From the IMG/VR virus record IMGVR_UViG_3300032087_004567: 64,000 nucleotides of DNA; one strand, given 5' to 3'. Both the position numbers and the translations under genes were made by a program. Shown here in pieces: positions 20,701-30,915 of this stretch (within the stretch, counting starts at the first letter, position 1; every line of letters starts with the position of its first letter). This stretch comes from a virus. Below the pieces are notes generated by a model. It was not told the DNA's origin. It saw only the letters and a program-made list of their open reading frames with translations, and ran no database searches.

Positions 20701-21249
20701 AATAACACGTATCTATTTTGTAAGAGATTAAGCCTATTCAATGAATTTAGAGATTCAGGTTCTGCAGATTTAACTGGAGATGCAACTGGTTCTACCGCAC
20801 AAGTTAAAGCAGCTACGCCATGGGCATCATCAAACGTAATTGGTGATAATGCTGTATTTGATTCTGTTGCACAATCAGGTAACGGATCAATTAATACATT
20901 ACAAATTTTAAATTCAGGTCTTGGTTATGTTAATAATGAAACAGTTACTATATCATCTCAAGATGGTTTAAATACAGCATCTGGTAAAGCAAATGTGGCA
21001 ACACAAGGTGTAGGAACAAAATACTATAATAGTACAAGAGGCTTCTTATCTAATAATAAATATTTACATGATGGAGATTTCTATCAAAATTATTCATATG
21101 AGATAAGAACTTCAATACCATTAGATGAATATTTTGATACAGTTAAAAATGTGCTTCATGTGGCAGGTAAAAAATTATTTGGAAGACTAGTAGTAACATC
21201 TAATACAGTTAGTACTATTAGTGGCAATTCAGTTGTTTCAACAAGTTAA
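17734..21249 (+). CDS. gp7: Baseplate wedge initiator (gp7-like)
   Basis: SQFP.FY...GP.F.....YY.WLE, SKGSE.S...LF..LY, C-terminal G.LS....L.D..FYQ.YSYEI and H.AG.K.FG. Confidence 0.85.
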   Translation: MSSLERFISPFIESQFPDFYKDQGPLFILLMEEYYKWLETNEPEYANYVGALVNGNPLYHGRRLTDYKDVDRTIDEFFIHFKEKFVKNTTIDSTVSKEQLIKSAQDIFSSKGSERSIDLLFKNLYGRNIEVYYPGNDVLRTSDGTYVSPIYLELSISTRTNSMVGKSITGSSSGATANIEYIVRRNVNGKIIDVAFLSNVIGTFRSGEIVSEDGVDLNAPKIVGSLTNINLTLSGLNFTLGEEVNITSTNGIEGKALITAVDFTTGKVSITLTDGGWGYTNSTVETVVSSKGVEYFNLSNANSNITTFERFETVTQNNFSFVCNNVVGTISINSNFTNIDESLSKVVLRTQDSGSNAATITLSQISGNVFSNSILFDKNQSIVVTNTNVSDFSAGDIIRQENAGTNNTTGSIQSISNVAIINVDTATIGSNGIHVGLFAEQDTTEATGIVKLIPRENYHTYTNVEVMALSGVTGTFNGSDDITLYTTNAKSTSVEVITPTAATDGFLFNLQDTNLSDNTRFSTSNTIILSGDSSVNNVIKIASDVGGIVNNSTDVSATGNNILGNTTHLGFSSPNNTFYASGNSTLVTGLNSNSVANVSAVLTGSGADYSVGRLVDTESVRINTDLLSSNNDGPGSDSAEHMDILITGANATFGNLSSVYIANSGTGYSNTDTVQFTGGNTGVGSFESGNATITTDASGNITLVTLSSNVGSGIVTTAQTGITTSGGTGANLIPFSSLGFVKSPSGDSQTRLQDLFSYTDYTIGTIGNLFGINPGEDYNYDPFVIAYEPKIAAYGKQDIVLQIENVTGAFLEGENVTQGIDTPGVSIVSNTITGNTTFDAGEFVYSKDAFNTNTATGIISTTEVSGANQTTVIHSNTGTWQASVNTNYLTVGANTNFAPDDAVTQNDASGTLVTSNSTTLIVKDITGSFASNSTPITSDSGGSQLITATPTTNTIYQMFGITSNAQAHILSASACTSSATASARIVTNANNTYLFCKRLSLFNEFRDSGSADLTGDATGSTAQVKAATPWASSNVIGDNAVFDSVAQSGNGSINTLQILNSGLGYVNNETVTISSQDGLNTASGKANVATQGVGTKYYNSTRGFLSNNKYLHDGDFYQNYSYEIRTSIPLDEYFDTVKNVLHVAGKKLFGRLVVTSNTVSTISGNSVVSTS

Positions 21250-21255
21250 TAAATA
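21248..21255 (+). promoter_or_regulatory. Late promoter variant AATAAATA (gp8)
   Basis: 5 nt before ATG 21261. Confidence 0.5.
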
Positions 21256-21260
21256 AGAAT

Positions 21261-23285
21261 ATGGCAACTCTAGTAAGTAAAAAATTAAAAAGACATTTAG
21301 CAGATCAGTTTATAGAATCTATTACAGAACCTGCTAATAATGTATATTATATGGTAGCATCTAAGCATACTGATTATGCTAATAATGCTAGTAATACACA
21401 TGTACCTTTAGATACAAATAAAGAAACAGAAATAGATGTTTATGAGGAAGGTATTTTTGGTAAAAAAGTATCTGATTCAGATGTATATAATCTTATTCCA
21501 AAATATATGTGGACATCTAATACAGTTTACACACCGTATGAGCATGATGTAGATCTAGAAGGTAAAACATTTTATGCCGCAGTAGATGGTGGATCTACTT
21601 ATTATGTTTATAAATGTTTAGATAATAATGGTGGAGTAGCTGCAAATGATCAACCATCAAGCACTAATGAAAGTGCTTGTAACTTTATAACATCATCAGA
21701 TGGTTATACATGGAAGTTAATGTATACTTTACCTGAGGCAACTTTTGAAAAGTTTGCAACAGATGATTTTATGCCGGTAAAGACTAGTGCAAATGTTTCT
21801 GGCAATACAGTAGGTGGTGCAATAGATGTTGTTAAGATAACAGATAACGGTTCAGGTTATTTAACATCATTTACTGGAACATTTCAAGTTGATGATCTAA
21901 GAACAAGCATACCCGGTATTTCAGGAAATACTACTACATATAGATTAGCCAATACAGCATCTTCAAACACAGATTTTTATAAGAATAGCGCACTTTATAT
22001 TTCTAGTGGTACTGGTTCAGGTCAATTGAAAAGAATTACTTCTTATACATCATCTTCAAGAGTAATAGTAGTTAATAGCGCATTTACTACTGCACCTGAT
22101 TCTACATCTACATATACAATAGGACCTGATATTACTATTGATGGGGATGGTACTGGATTTGAAGCTTATGCAACTATTGCATCTAACTCAACAGTAAATA
22201 ACTATATTAGTAAAATAAATGTAGTAGATAGAGGTAGTGGCTATACATATGCCAATCCAACTATATCAGGTAATACAGGCGGTACATCAAATACTGCTTC
22301 AGTTAAAGTTATTATACCACCAGTAGACGGACATGGTAAAGATGCACCTAAAGAATTATTGTCAAAAGAACTAGGTGTATCGCTTACATATACAACTAAT
22401 GAAAGTGGATTTATTACAGTAGAAAATGATTATAAAAAGTTTATTATGATTAAGGATCCATTATTTGATGGAGTTAATCTACAAGTAAATAATGCTACTG
22501 GTACATTTACTACATCAGATACAATTACACAAATATCATATAAAACTCTAAGAGGTACTATTACAGGTAACACAACTAGTACAACTATTACTGGTACAAA
22601 TACAGAATTAGATAAAGCGTTAGATTCTGGAGATAAAGTTTACATATTAGACCTAACAGCTAATACTTCAACTCTTGCCACTATTGATTCAGTAACTAAT
22701 TCAACTTCTGCAACACTAACTGCTAATCTAGCATTTGCAACTGGTGCCGCACAAGCAAGAATTGCATATGCAGAAGTAGAGGCAGAAGGTTTATTTTCAG
22801 GTAATGCTTTACCAAATATGACTTTAGGTAATTGTGAGCCTAAATTTACTACTGGTAGTTTTATTATAGGAAGCACTACAGGCTATACAGCAACAATTAA
22901 TGCTATTTCTGTAGGGGAAAAAACCTATAATAATTGGAATACTTTTGATAATAGATTTAGAATTGCATATTCATCTAATACAGGTCTTATGCCTGAAGAT
23001 GCAAAAGTATATCAAACATCTAATGATGCAGATGGGTCAAATGCATTTTTTCATTCTGCTAATTCGACCTATATATTCTTGACAAGCGTCAAGGGAACTA
23101 TAAATGCCGATGCAAATGATCCAATAAATGAAGTAGATGGGTCTGCGACATTTACTTTAGGGACAACTAAATATAATTCAGATATGGTAAAAGGTTCAGG
23201 AGAGGTGATGTATGTAGAAAATATTACTCCTGTATCTAGATCTGGAAGTCAATCAGAAACAGTTAAGTTTATTTTAAGTTTTTAA
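21261..23285 (+). CDS. gp8: Baseplate wedge subunit
   Basis: W...T.Y..Y, VYKCLDNN, DGY.WK.MY, KF.T..FMPV, PP..GHG, SGEV.Y.EN..P..R...Q.E..K.IL.F. Confidence 0.9.
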   Translation: MATLVSKKLKRHLADQFIESITEPANNVYYMVASKHTDYANNASNTHVPLDTNKETEIDVYEEGIFGKKVSDSDVYNLIPKYMWTSNTVYTPYEHDVDLEGKTFYAAVDGGSTYYVYKCLDNNGGVAANDQPSSTNESACNFITSSDGYTWKLMYTLPEATFEKFATDDFMPVKTSANVSGNTVGGAIDVVKITDNGSGYLTSFTGTFQVDDLRTSIPGISGNTTTYRLANTASSNTDFYKNSALYISSGTGSGQLKRITSYTSSSRVIVVNSAFTTAPDSTSTYTIGPDITIDGDGTGFEAYATIASNSTVNNYISKINVVDRGSGYTYANPTISGNTGGTSNTASVKVIIPPVDGHGKDAPKELLSKELGVSLTYTTNESGFITVENDYKKFIMIKDPLFDGVNLQVNNATGTFTTSDTITQISYKTLRGTITGNTTSTTITGTNTELDKALDSGDKVYILDLTANTSTLATIDSVTNSTSATLTANLAFATGAAQARIAYAEVEAEGLFSGNALPNMTLGNCEPKFTTGSFIIGSTTGYTATINAISVGEKTYNNWNTFDNRFRIAYSSNTGLMPEDAKVYQTSNDADGSNAFFHSANSTYIFLTSVKGTINADANDPINEVDGSATFTLGTTKYNSDMVKGSGEVMYVENITPVSRSGSQSETVKFILSF

Positions 23286-23297
23286 TAAGAGGAAGTT

Positions 23298-26200
23298 ATG
23301 CCGATAGATACCAATTTAAATGTTACACCTTACTACGATGATTATAGTGAGGATAAAAACTTTCATCGAGTTTTGTTTAGACCTGGTGTAGCGGTACAGG
23401 CAAGAGAATTAACTCAATTACAAACCATCTTACAAAACCAAGTTGAAAGATTTGGTGATAACATTTATAAAACCGGTACTATAATTAGAGGTTGTTCACT
23501 TACAACTGATTATGGTGCAAATTATATTAAGATTGGTGATTCACAAAATGACGGTCAAGCAGTATCTTTAAGCTCTTATGCAAATACTTTAGTAGTACAA
23601 GAGGCAGTTAATTTACATTCCTATGTTGTCAATTCAGTAACTGGTCTTGTTGCAAATGATCCTGATTTAAATACCTTATATATTAAGTATATAAACACTG
23701 GTACAGGCAACGAAAAAAATTATTCAGCTGGTCAAACAGTAAAAATATTTAATAGAGAAAGAACAGTTGAAGATGTAGATATTGATACAGGCGGTAGCAG
23801 TTACTCAAACAGTGATACTATTACATTTAGTGGTGGCGGAGGATCCGGTGCTACTGCAACTATTACCACAGATGCATCTGGTACTATTACTGATGTATCT
23901 ATGGCATCTAAAGGTTCTGGATATACTACTACACCTAACGTATCTATTACAACAAGCACTGGTAGTAGTGCTACATTAACCGCTATTAATTACATTGCAG
24001 AAGTAACAGTATCTTCATTAGCAAATTCTGTTGGTATAGGTACTACAGTTAAATCAAGCGAAGGTGTTATATTTCAAAAAGGACATTTTGTTAGAGTTGC
24101 ACCTCAAGAAATAGTAGTAGAAAAATTTTCTAATCTACCCGATGATAAAGTTGTTGGTTTTAGAACAATAGAAACTATTTCAAATAGTAATATCGATAGT
24201 TCACTTCTTGATGTAGCAACAGGAACTCCAAATGAGAACGCTCCAGGTGCTAATAGATTAAAATTAGAGCCATCATTAACAGTTATGGCAAGTGCTAATG
24301 CAACTACTAATAATGAGTTTTTAGTTTTATTAGAATATCAAAATGGTAATATTGTAAGAGATAGAACATCTACACAATTTAACGCAGTTAATAAAGAACT
24401 AGCAAGAAGAACTTTTGATGAAAGTGGTAATTATATTCTTAAACCAGTTAAGTTAGATGTTGAAGCCATATCATCTAACACTACTCATAATAATTTAGTA
24501 GTCGGCCCTGTTACAGCTTATGTAAACGGTGTAAGAGCTGAAACATTAAATCATGTTAGAATCGCACAAAGAAAAGGCGATGATTTTGCAAATAATACTA
24601 ACCAAACAATTAATACATCTTTTGGTAATTACATAATTGTAGATGAGTTAGCAGGTACGTTTGATATTAAAACCGGTGAACAAATATTATTAAAAGATAC
24701 AGCAGAAGATGCAGTATCAATTGGTCTTGGTACTATTGCCGATCCCGGTACTACTATTGGTAATGCAAGAGTAAGAGGCTTTGAATATCATAGTGGTGTT
24801 GTAGGTAAACCTAACTGTCAATATAAACTATTTTTATATGATATAAAAATGAACGCATCACGTTCGTTTAAAGATGTAAAGAGTGTATTTGTAGCAACTA
24901 GTGGTGTTGCAGATTTAGTTTTAAATACACAAGGTCAGGCAGAATTAAAAGATACAGATCAGAATAAATTAGTATTTGATTCTGGTACGTTTGCAATTAA
25001 AGAATTAAACAATGAAGAATATTTATTTAAAGCATTTACAAATGCTACATTTACTACCGGTGGTTCTGCAACATTAACCTTTTCAGGTGGTAATACTTTA
25101 CCTTATGGTACAGGTAATTTAACTGACGCCAATAAAGAAGAATGGTTAGTTATACCACATTCAAATGTACATTTCTTAGCAAATAATACTGGTACAGTAA
25201 GCAAGACATCTGGTTCTAATTCAGTAACTGGATCAGGTACATCATTTACATCTGATTATACTGTAGGTGATTTTATATCAATTAAAGACAGTGCAAGTGC
25301 TACAGATTTATTAGAAATTACTGCAATTACTAATAATGAATCTCTATCTGTAAGAACTAATGCAGGTACTACAAATGCTTCTGCAGTTGCAAGTATTGGT
25401 TTTCCTGGTAACGTTCCAATCGATATGACTAAAGGCTCTAGAGAAATTACAATTAATTCAACTACTAGTGTAACAGTCAATCTAGGTGCAGGTACAAATG
25501 TAGCAACCGACTTTACAGTACATAATATTTTACAAAATGATTCACCAACAGTAAGAGCTAAGACTTTAAATAATCCAGTCTATATTAAATTATCTACAGA
25601 TAGTTTAGCTAATACAACTACTGGTCCTTGGAGTTTAGGAGTACCAGATGTACTTTCTATTGAAGCAGTATATGTAGGAACAAGTAACACATATTCTGAA
25701 ACTGGTACTAATTATCAAGATCAATTTGAATTAGATGATGGTCAAAAAGATAACTATTATGGATTATCTAATATTAAGTTATCACCTGGTGCTACTTTAT
25801 CTCTAACTTCAAGCTCTAATCTTTTAGTTAAAGCTAAAGCATTTACACATGGTACAGGTAAATATATCTCAACAGAATCATATCCTGTAGATGATACAAC
25901 TACAGTTCTACCTTCTAATAAAATTAGAACAGAATCTATTCCAATATATGTTTCTAAGCAAACCGATCTTGCATTATCATTAAGAGATTCTATAGACTGC
26001 AGACCTATTGTAAGTAATACAGCAGATGTATCAGCAACAACTGCAGGTGCTGCATCAATTGATCCATCTAATACAGAAACTTTTGATACCAATGAAAAGT
26101 TTTTCCCATCACCATTAAGATCTTTTACTACTGATATTCAAGCATATCAAGGTAGAATTGATAGATTAATTGTTGATGAAAATGGACTAATAAGAATTAA

Positions 26201-29200
26201 AGAAGGTATTCCAAGTTATGCACCAGTACCTCCAGCAACAGAGGTAAGAACATTACCACTAGCAATGATATATGTTGCACCATTTCCAACGTTATCTTCT
26301 AAAGAGGCTAATGATGCCAAGAGACCTGAATTACAAAACTCTATTAAGTATAACAGTACAGTACGTTATACAATGGAAGATATTAGGGATATAGAAAATA
26401 GATTACAAAGAGTAGAATATTATGCATTAATTAATACTCTTGAATCTAATACTATTGCTAAAACATTAACAAGCGATGCAAATAATCAAATAGAATTATT
26501 TAAGAATGGATTTATGGTCGATGCGATGGATAATTATATTGTATCTGATCTTAACGATGGTGAATATAAAGCACAAATTGATGCACCAACATCAAGGTTA
26601 CATCCACAAGAGGCATCAGTACCAATTGATTTAAAATATAATAATGGTGATAGTTCTAATATTACTAAGACTGGTAATATACTTACATTACCATTTAGCG
26701 AAGTAACATTAGTAAATCAACCTATTGCAAACAAACAAAGAACATTAGTTGAAGATAACTGGGCATTTGGTGGTAGTATGCAAGTTGTACCAAGAGTTGA
26801 TAACTTCTTTGATTTAGATGTTACAGGCTCTTCAACAATTAATATTAATATTGCTGATCCTATATCACAATTAGTAAGAGCGCAAAATGCAATTAATAGA
26901 GCTATTACACAAACATCTTCTACTACAACTAACCGTTCTAGAGATTTAGTTTTCCAAGGTAGTGGTTTAAATGATTGGAATGCATGGGCTAGAGATTGGA
27001 TAGGTAATAGACCAAGTTCAACTACAGTTCATAAAAATACTGTTACTACTACAACAAGAACATCATTTCAAGGTATTACAGTACCTCCAACAAAATCATC
27101 AGTAAATGAGGTAGGTAATTTCTTAACCAGTGTATCTATTAATCCTTATATAAGAGCACAAAAAATATGCTTGTATATCAATGGTTTAAGACCTGGTGCA
27201 GAACATTTTGTATTTTTTGATAATACAGATATATCTAGTAGTTGTAGACCTGGATTGTTACCTGAATCAGTAACTGGAGAACTTTCTGTTGATGACTTCT
27301 TAGAGACAGCATCTAAAACTGGTTCACAAACATTAACTGCTAATTCAACAGGTGAACTTGCTGTTATAGTAAACATGCCAGCAAATACATTTACCTCAGG
27401 GGAAAAAGAATTTTTAGTTATGGACTTTAACACTCTTGCTTCAGAAGATTCAGCTACATCTAAAGCAATAGGTAAGTTTGCATCATTTGGTACATCAGGT
27501 GCTGCAACTGCATTAACAGTTAATACTAAAGATTTTGATTTATCAAGCGGTCATAGTTTTGCAAGAAGAACATTCTCACAAACAAGAACAACCAGAAGAG
27601 AGTGGCATAGTATTGTTGTAAGAGCATGGGATCCATTATGTCAAACATTTACTGTAGATAGACAAAAAGGAAGTGATTATCTATTAGTAAGCTCAGTAGA
27701 ATTATATTTTCAAGGTAAAGATGCAACAAGAGGTGTTGCTATTGAATTAAGAGAGGTAGATCAAGAAACAGGATATCCTACTACTTTATCAATACCATAT
27801 TCTAGAGTATATAAGAGACCTGCAGATATTAATACTAGTGCAACAGCAGCAACATCTACTAAATTTACTTTTAATTCACCATTAGTTTTAAAAGCAGGTG
27901 TTGAATATGCAATAGTTATATCACCTGATGCTAACTCGCCAGATTATAGAGTATGGACATCTGAACCAGGTGTACCAGATGTTACTGATACATCTTTAAT
28001 ATCTAATCAAAGTTGGGGTTTAGGTACATTATTCTCCTCTACTAGTAATAGGGCATTCTCTGCAATACAGGGTGAAGATCTTAAGTTTAAAGTTAACAGG
28101 GCTGAGTTTAGTAGTCAATCAGGAACAGCAGTATTAGAAAACGGTGATTATGAATTTTTAACTGTAAATGTTGCAAGTGGTAGTTACACAGGTGGTGAAG
28201 ATATTGCACAAATGGATCATGCATATATTGATACAGCTCTAACAACTAATACATCAAGTAGAGTTATTACTACTAATAACGATTTAACTTCTACATTATC
28301 TGTAAATGATAAAGTATTAGTAATATATGGAACAAGTAATTCAGAAAGTACAGCAAACGTAACAGTAACTGGAGTAACGGTTACTAATGCAAGTTCAACA
28401 ACTACTGATTTTAGTAATGAATATTCAGCAGGTGACTTCATACAAATTGGTGATGAAGTAAGACAGGTAGTTTCTATTGCTAGCGCTACAAGTTTAAATG
28501 TCGATGTAGCTTTTGTAAGTACTATTACCAACGATAAGCATTATGCAGTAACTGAAAAGTTTGATGTATTTACCGTACAGGCAGCAAATAGTACTTCATT
28601 TACAGTTAATAGACCTCCTGCATATGTTGTCAATACATTTAATAAAGCAGTATTACAAAAAGTTGTTACTGGTAGAATGGATTACTATAATTCATCAGAT
28701 CAAAAATTATATCTTAGAGATAGTACTTCAGCTAATAGTACACATTTATTTGAAGCTGCAAATAGTACATACTTAGGATACTTAGTTGGTGATCAATCAG
28801 AAGCACAATCTAAACTCTTTAGTGTAGATAATGTTAAGTTTAGTAAGTATACACCATTTATTAATAATTTAATTTTACCTCAAACAACTCTTGCTTTAGA
28901 TACAGAGGTAACTAAGTCAGGTGGTGGTACTGCTACTGAAGCACATCTATTTACAGAACAAAATGTCTTACAATGTAACGATACAGCAGTAGTTAAAAGT
29001 AGATCTAATGAAATTAGTGGTACAACAATTACTAAATCATTTACAGCAAATATTCAATTTACTGCAACATATGACGATACATCACCAGTAGTAGATGTTA
29101 ATCCATCAAGCGTATTAGTCATAAACTATAACATTAATAATAGCTATGCAGATGAAAATACTAGATATGGTAATTCATCATGTAAGTACATATCTAAGAG

Positions 29201-29855
29201 ATTAGTATTAGAAGATGGTTTAGATGCAGAAGATGTTAAAGTATTTGTAAGAGCATATAAACCAAGTGGATCTGATATTAAAGTATATGCTAAAATATTA
29301 AGTAGTCAGGATCCAGAATTATTTGAAGATAAGGACTGGTCTCCATTAAGACAAGTTACTGATGCAGGTGTATTCAGTTCATCTTTAAATAGTGGTGATT
29401 TAAAAGAGTATGAGTTTACATTTAAGAAAACACCAGTAGTATCAGTTATTGCAGGAGCAGCAACAACAAATGCAACTGGTACTAATACTACTATTAACGG
29501 TATAGGTTCTTCATACGATTCAGAACTAGCAAATAACGATTTAATTAAAGTTGTATATACAGATGATGAAGATGATTACGAAGTTGTAAGTGTTGCAAAT
29601 ACACCAGTTGCAGGTTCTTTTGAAATAAGTGCAACATTAGGTACAGCATCATCTTCTGCTAGCATACAAAAAATTACTAATAAAGGTGAAGCATTCAAGT
29701 ATAATCAAAATAGTAATGAAGTAAGATATCATGATAGTGAGAATAGAGCGTATGATGGTTATAAACATCTAGCAATTAAGATAGTATTACTTTCTGAAAA
29801 TGAATATAATGTACCAGAGGTTGATGATTTAAGGGCAGTAGCAGTATCAGTATAA
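23298..29855 (+). CDS. Large virion structural protein (VrlC/DUF4815-like)
   Basis: TNLNV.PYYDDY, LFRPG.AVQARELTQLQ.ILQNQ, APGA.RLK, LARRTFDESGNY, RYTM.DI..IE.R, FKNGF.VD, DPL.QTF, P.V.DLRA.A. Confidence 0.85.
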   Translation: MPIDTNLNVTPYYDDYSEDKNFHRVLFRPGVAVQARELTQLQTILQNQVERFGDNIYKTGTIIRGCSLTTDYGANYIKIGDSQNDGQAVSLSSYANTLVVQEAVNLHSYVVNSVTGLVANDPDLNTLYIKYINTGTGNEKNYSAGQTVKIFNRERTVEDVDIDTGGSSYSNSDTITFSGGGGSGATATITTDASGTITDVSMASKGSGYTTTPNVSITTSTGSSATLTAINYIAEVTVSSLANSVGIGTTVKSSEGVIFQKGHFVRVAPQEIVVEKFSNLPDDKVVGFRTIETISNSNIDSSLLDVATGTPNENAPGANRLKLEPSLTVMASANATTNNEFLVLLEYQNGNIVRDRTSTQFNAVNKELARRTFDESGNYILKPVKLDVEAISSNTTHNNLVVGPVTAYVNGVRAETLNHVRIAQRKGDDFANNTNQTINTSFGNYIIVDELAGTFDIKTGEQILLKDTAEDAVSIGLGTIADPGTTIGNARVRGFEYHSGVVGKPNCQYKLFLYDIKMNASRSFKDVKSVFVATSGVADLVLNTQGQAELKDTDQNKLVFDSGTFAIKELNNEEYLFKAFTNATFTTGGSATLTFSGGNTLPYGTGNLTDANKEEWLVIPHSNVHFLANNTGTVSKTSGSNSVTGSGTSFTSDYTVGDFISIKDSASATDLLEITAITNNESLSVRTNAGTTNASAVASIGFPGNVPIDMTKGSREITINSTTSVTVNLGAGTNVATDFTVHNILQNDSPTVRAKTLNNPVYIKLSTDSLANTTTGPWSLGVPDVLSIEAVYVGTSNTYSETGTNYQDQFELDDGQKDNYYGLSNIKLSPGATLSLTSSSNLLVKAKAFTHGTGKYISTESYPVDDTTTVLPSNKIRTESIPIYVSKQTDLALSLRDSIDCRPIVSNTADVSATTAGAASIDPSNTETFDTNEKFFPSPLRSFTTDIQAYQGRIDRLIVDENGLIRIKEGIPSYAPVPPATEVRTLPLAMIYVAPFPTLSSKEANDAKRPELQNSIKYNSTVRYTMEDIRDIENRLQRVEYYALINTLESNTIAKTLTSDANNQIELFKNGFMVDAMDNYIVSDLNDGEYKAQIDAPTSRLHPQEASVPIDLKYNNGDSSNITKTGNILTLPFSEVTLVNQPIANKQRTLVEDNWAFGGSMQVVPRVDNFFDLDVTGSSTININIADPISQLVRAQNAINRAITQTSSTTTNRSRDLVFQGSGLNDWNAWARDWIGNRPSSTTVHKNTVTTTTRTSFQGITVPPTKSSVNEVGNFLTSVSINPYIRAQKICLYINGLRPGAEHFVFFDNTDISSSCRPGLLPESVTGELSVDDFLETASKTGSQTLTANSTGELAVIVNMPANTFTSGEKEFLVMDFNTLASEDSATSKAIGKFASFGTSGAATALTVNTKDFDLSSGHSFARRTFSQTRTTRREWHSIVVRAWDPLCQTFTVDRQKGSDYLLVSSVELYFQGKDATRGVAIELREVDQETGYPTTLSIPYSRVYKRPADINTSATAATSTKFTFNSPLVLKAGVEYAIVISPDANSPDYRVWTSEPGVPDVTDTSLISNQSWGLGTLFSSTSNRAFSAIQGEDLKFKVNRAEFSSQSGTAVLENGDYEFLTVNVASGSYTGGEDIAQMDHAYIDTALTTNTSSRVITTNNDLTSTLSVNDKVLVIYGTSNSESTANVTVTGVTVTNASSTTTDFSNEYSAGDFIQIGDEVRQVVSIASATSLNVDVAFVSTITNDKHYAVTEKFDVFTVQAANSTSFTVNRPPAYVVNTFNKAVLQKVVTGRMDYYNSSDQKLYLRDSTSANSTHLFEAANSTYLGYLVGDQSEAQSKLFSVDNVKFSKYTPFINNLILPQTTLALDTEVTKSGGGTATEAHLFTEQNVLQCNDTAVVKSRSNEISGTTITKSFTANIQFTATYDDTSPVVDVNPSSVLVINYNINNSYADENTRYGNSSCKYISKRLVLEDGLDAEDVKVFVRAYKPSGSDIKVYAKILSSQDPELFEDKDWSPLRQVTDAGVFSSSLNSGDLKEYEFTFKKTPVVSVIAGAATTNATGTNTTINGIGSSYDSELANNDLIKVVYTDDEDDYEVVSVANTPVAGSFEISATLGTASSSASIQKITNKGEAFKYNQNSNEVRYHDSENRAYDGYKHLAIKIVLLSENEYNVPEVDDLRAVAVSV

Positions 29856-30073
29856 TGGAAAGAGAGTTATTAAAAACACCACTTACTGATTTTAAAAGAG
29901 ATAAAGAGTCTAATGCCTTAATAAATACTAATGTACATGCTTATAAATTATATAAGCAACAAAGAAAAGATAGATTATCGGTAAAGATGAAAGATGAAAG
30001 AATCGGTAAGCTAGAAGATGAATTAAGAGATTTAAAAATTTTAGTTAAAGGATTATTAGAGAAAAATGACTAG
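29855..30073 (+). CDS. Small conserved hypothetical coiled-coil protein
   Basis: RD..S.A.IN....Y..Y motif; translationally coupled to neighbours. Confidence 0.6.
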   Translation: MERELLKTPLTDFKRDKESNALINTNVHAYKLYKQQRKDRLSVKMKDERIGKLEDELRDLKILVKGLLEKND

Positions 30074-30893
30074 AAGCGTATCAAATGTTGTTATAGCAAC
30101 AGGAACATTTGCAGGATGGGTTGAGACAACTAACCAGCTTGCAGATTCAATGTCAGTATATGCAGTAACAGCTGATTCAACACAGGCAGGGGCCAATACA
30201 TCTGGTAATGTAAATGTTATTGGATTACTTTCAGCTAATAATTTAAAGACTGAAGCAGTAATAGGTGGTGAAGCTGGTAATACAGCAGCTCATGCAGCTT
30301 TAAGTGTAGGGTTTTCAAATAGTACAGTTTCAAGTAATGTAACAGTAACCGGTTATAGTACCACAATATCTTCTAACTCTTTAACAATAACATCAAATAC
30401 GTCTGTAGGAGATGCATCACAGAACGTTTATGTGAATGTAGCTAATCTAACAGTTAATACGGCTACATTTGATATTACTGCAACATCAAATATTGAAGTA
30501 GATTCATCAGTTACGATAACAGGTGATATTTCAGTAAATAATAAAATTACATTTACAGGAGAAGCACAACTATATTGTAACACAATTGCACTTACTTGGA
30601 CTAGTGGTGATGATACTACTACAAATACAATTACTAATGTTGCAATATCAGATTATAAAAGTGCTAAATATACTTTGAATGCATTTGAAACTGCAAATGC
30701 TGACAATAGATCATTAACAGAACTTATTGTTGTATATGGATCAAGTAATGCCCATGTAACTGAATACGGTTCAGTACATACAGGTAGTCAATTTATTACC
30801 TATAGTGTTTCTGCTAATGCTACTCATTTTGAATTATTATGTAACTCTGCAGTAAATAGTACATTCAATTTTATACAAACAGCATTCGAATAA
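30066..30893 (+). CDS. Fibre anchor/adaptor-like virion protein
   Basis: N-terminal TF..W...TN motif, beta-rich body, C-terminal Y.SAKY...TEYG domain. Confidence 0.5.
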   Translation: MTRSVSNVVIATGTFAGWVETTNQLADSMSVYAVTADSTQAGANTSGNVNVIGLLSANNLKTEAVIGGEAGNTAAHAALSVGFSNSTVSSNVTVTGYSTTISSNSLTITSNTSVGDASQNVYVNVANLTVNTATFDITATSNIEVDSSVTITGDISVNNKITFTGEAQLYCNTIALTWTSGDDTTTNTITNVAISDYKSAKYTLNAFETANADNRSLTELIVVYGSSNAHVTEYGSVHTGSQFITYSVSANATHFELLCNSAVNSTFNFIQTAFE

Positions 30894-30915
30894 TTTTAGT
30901 GGATAGGGAAGCTAA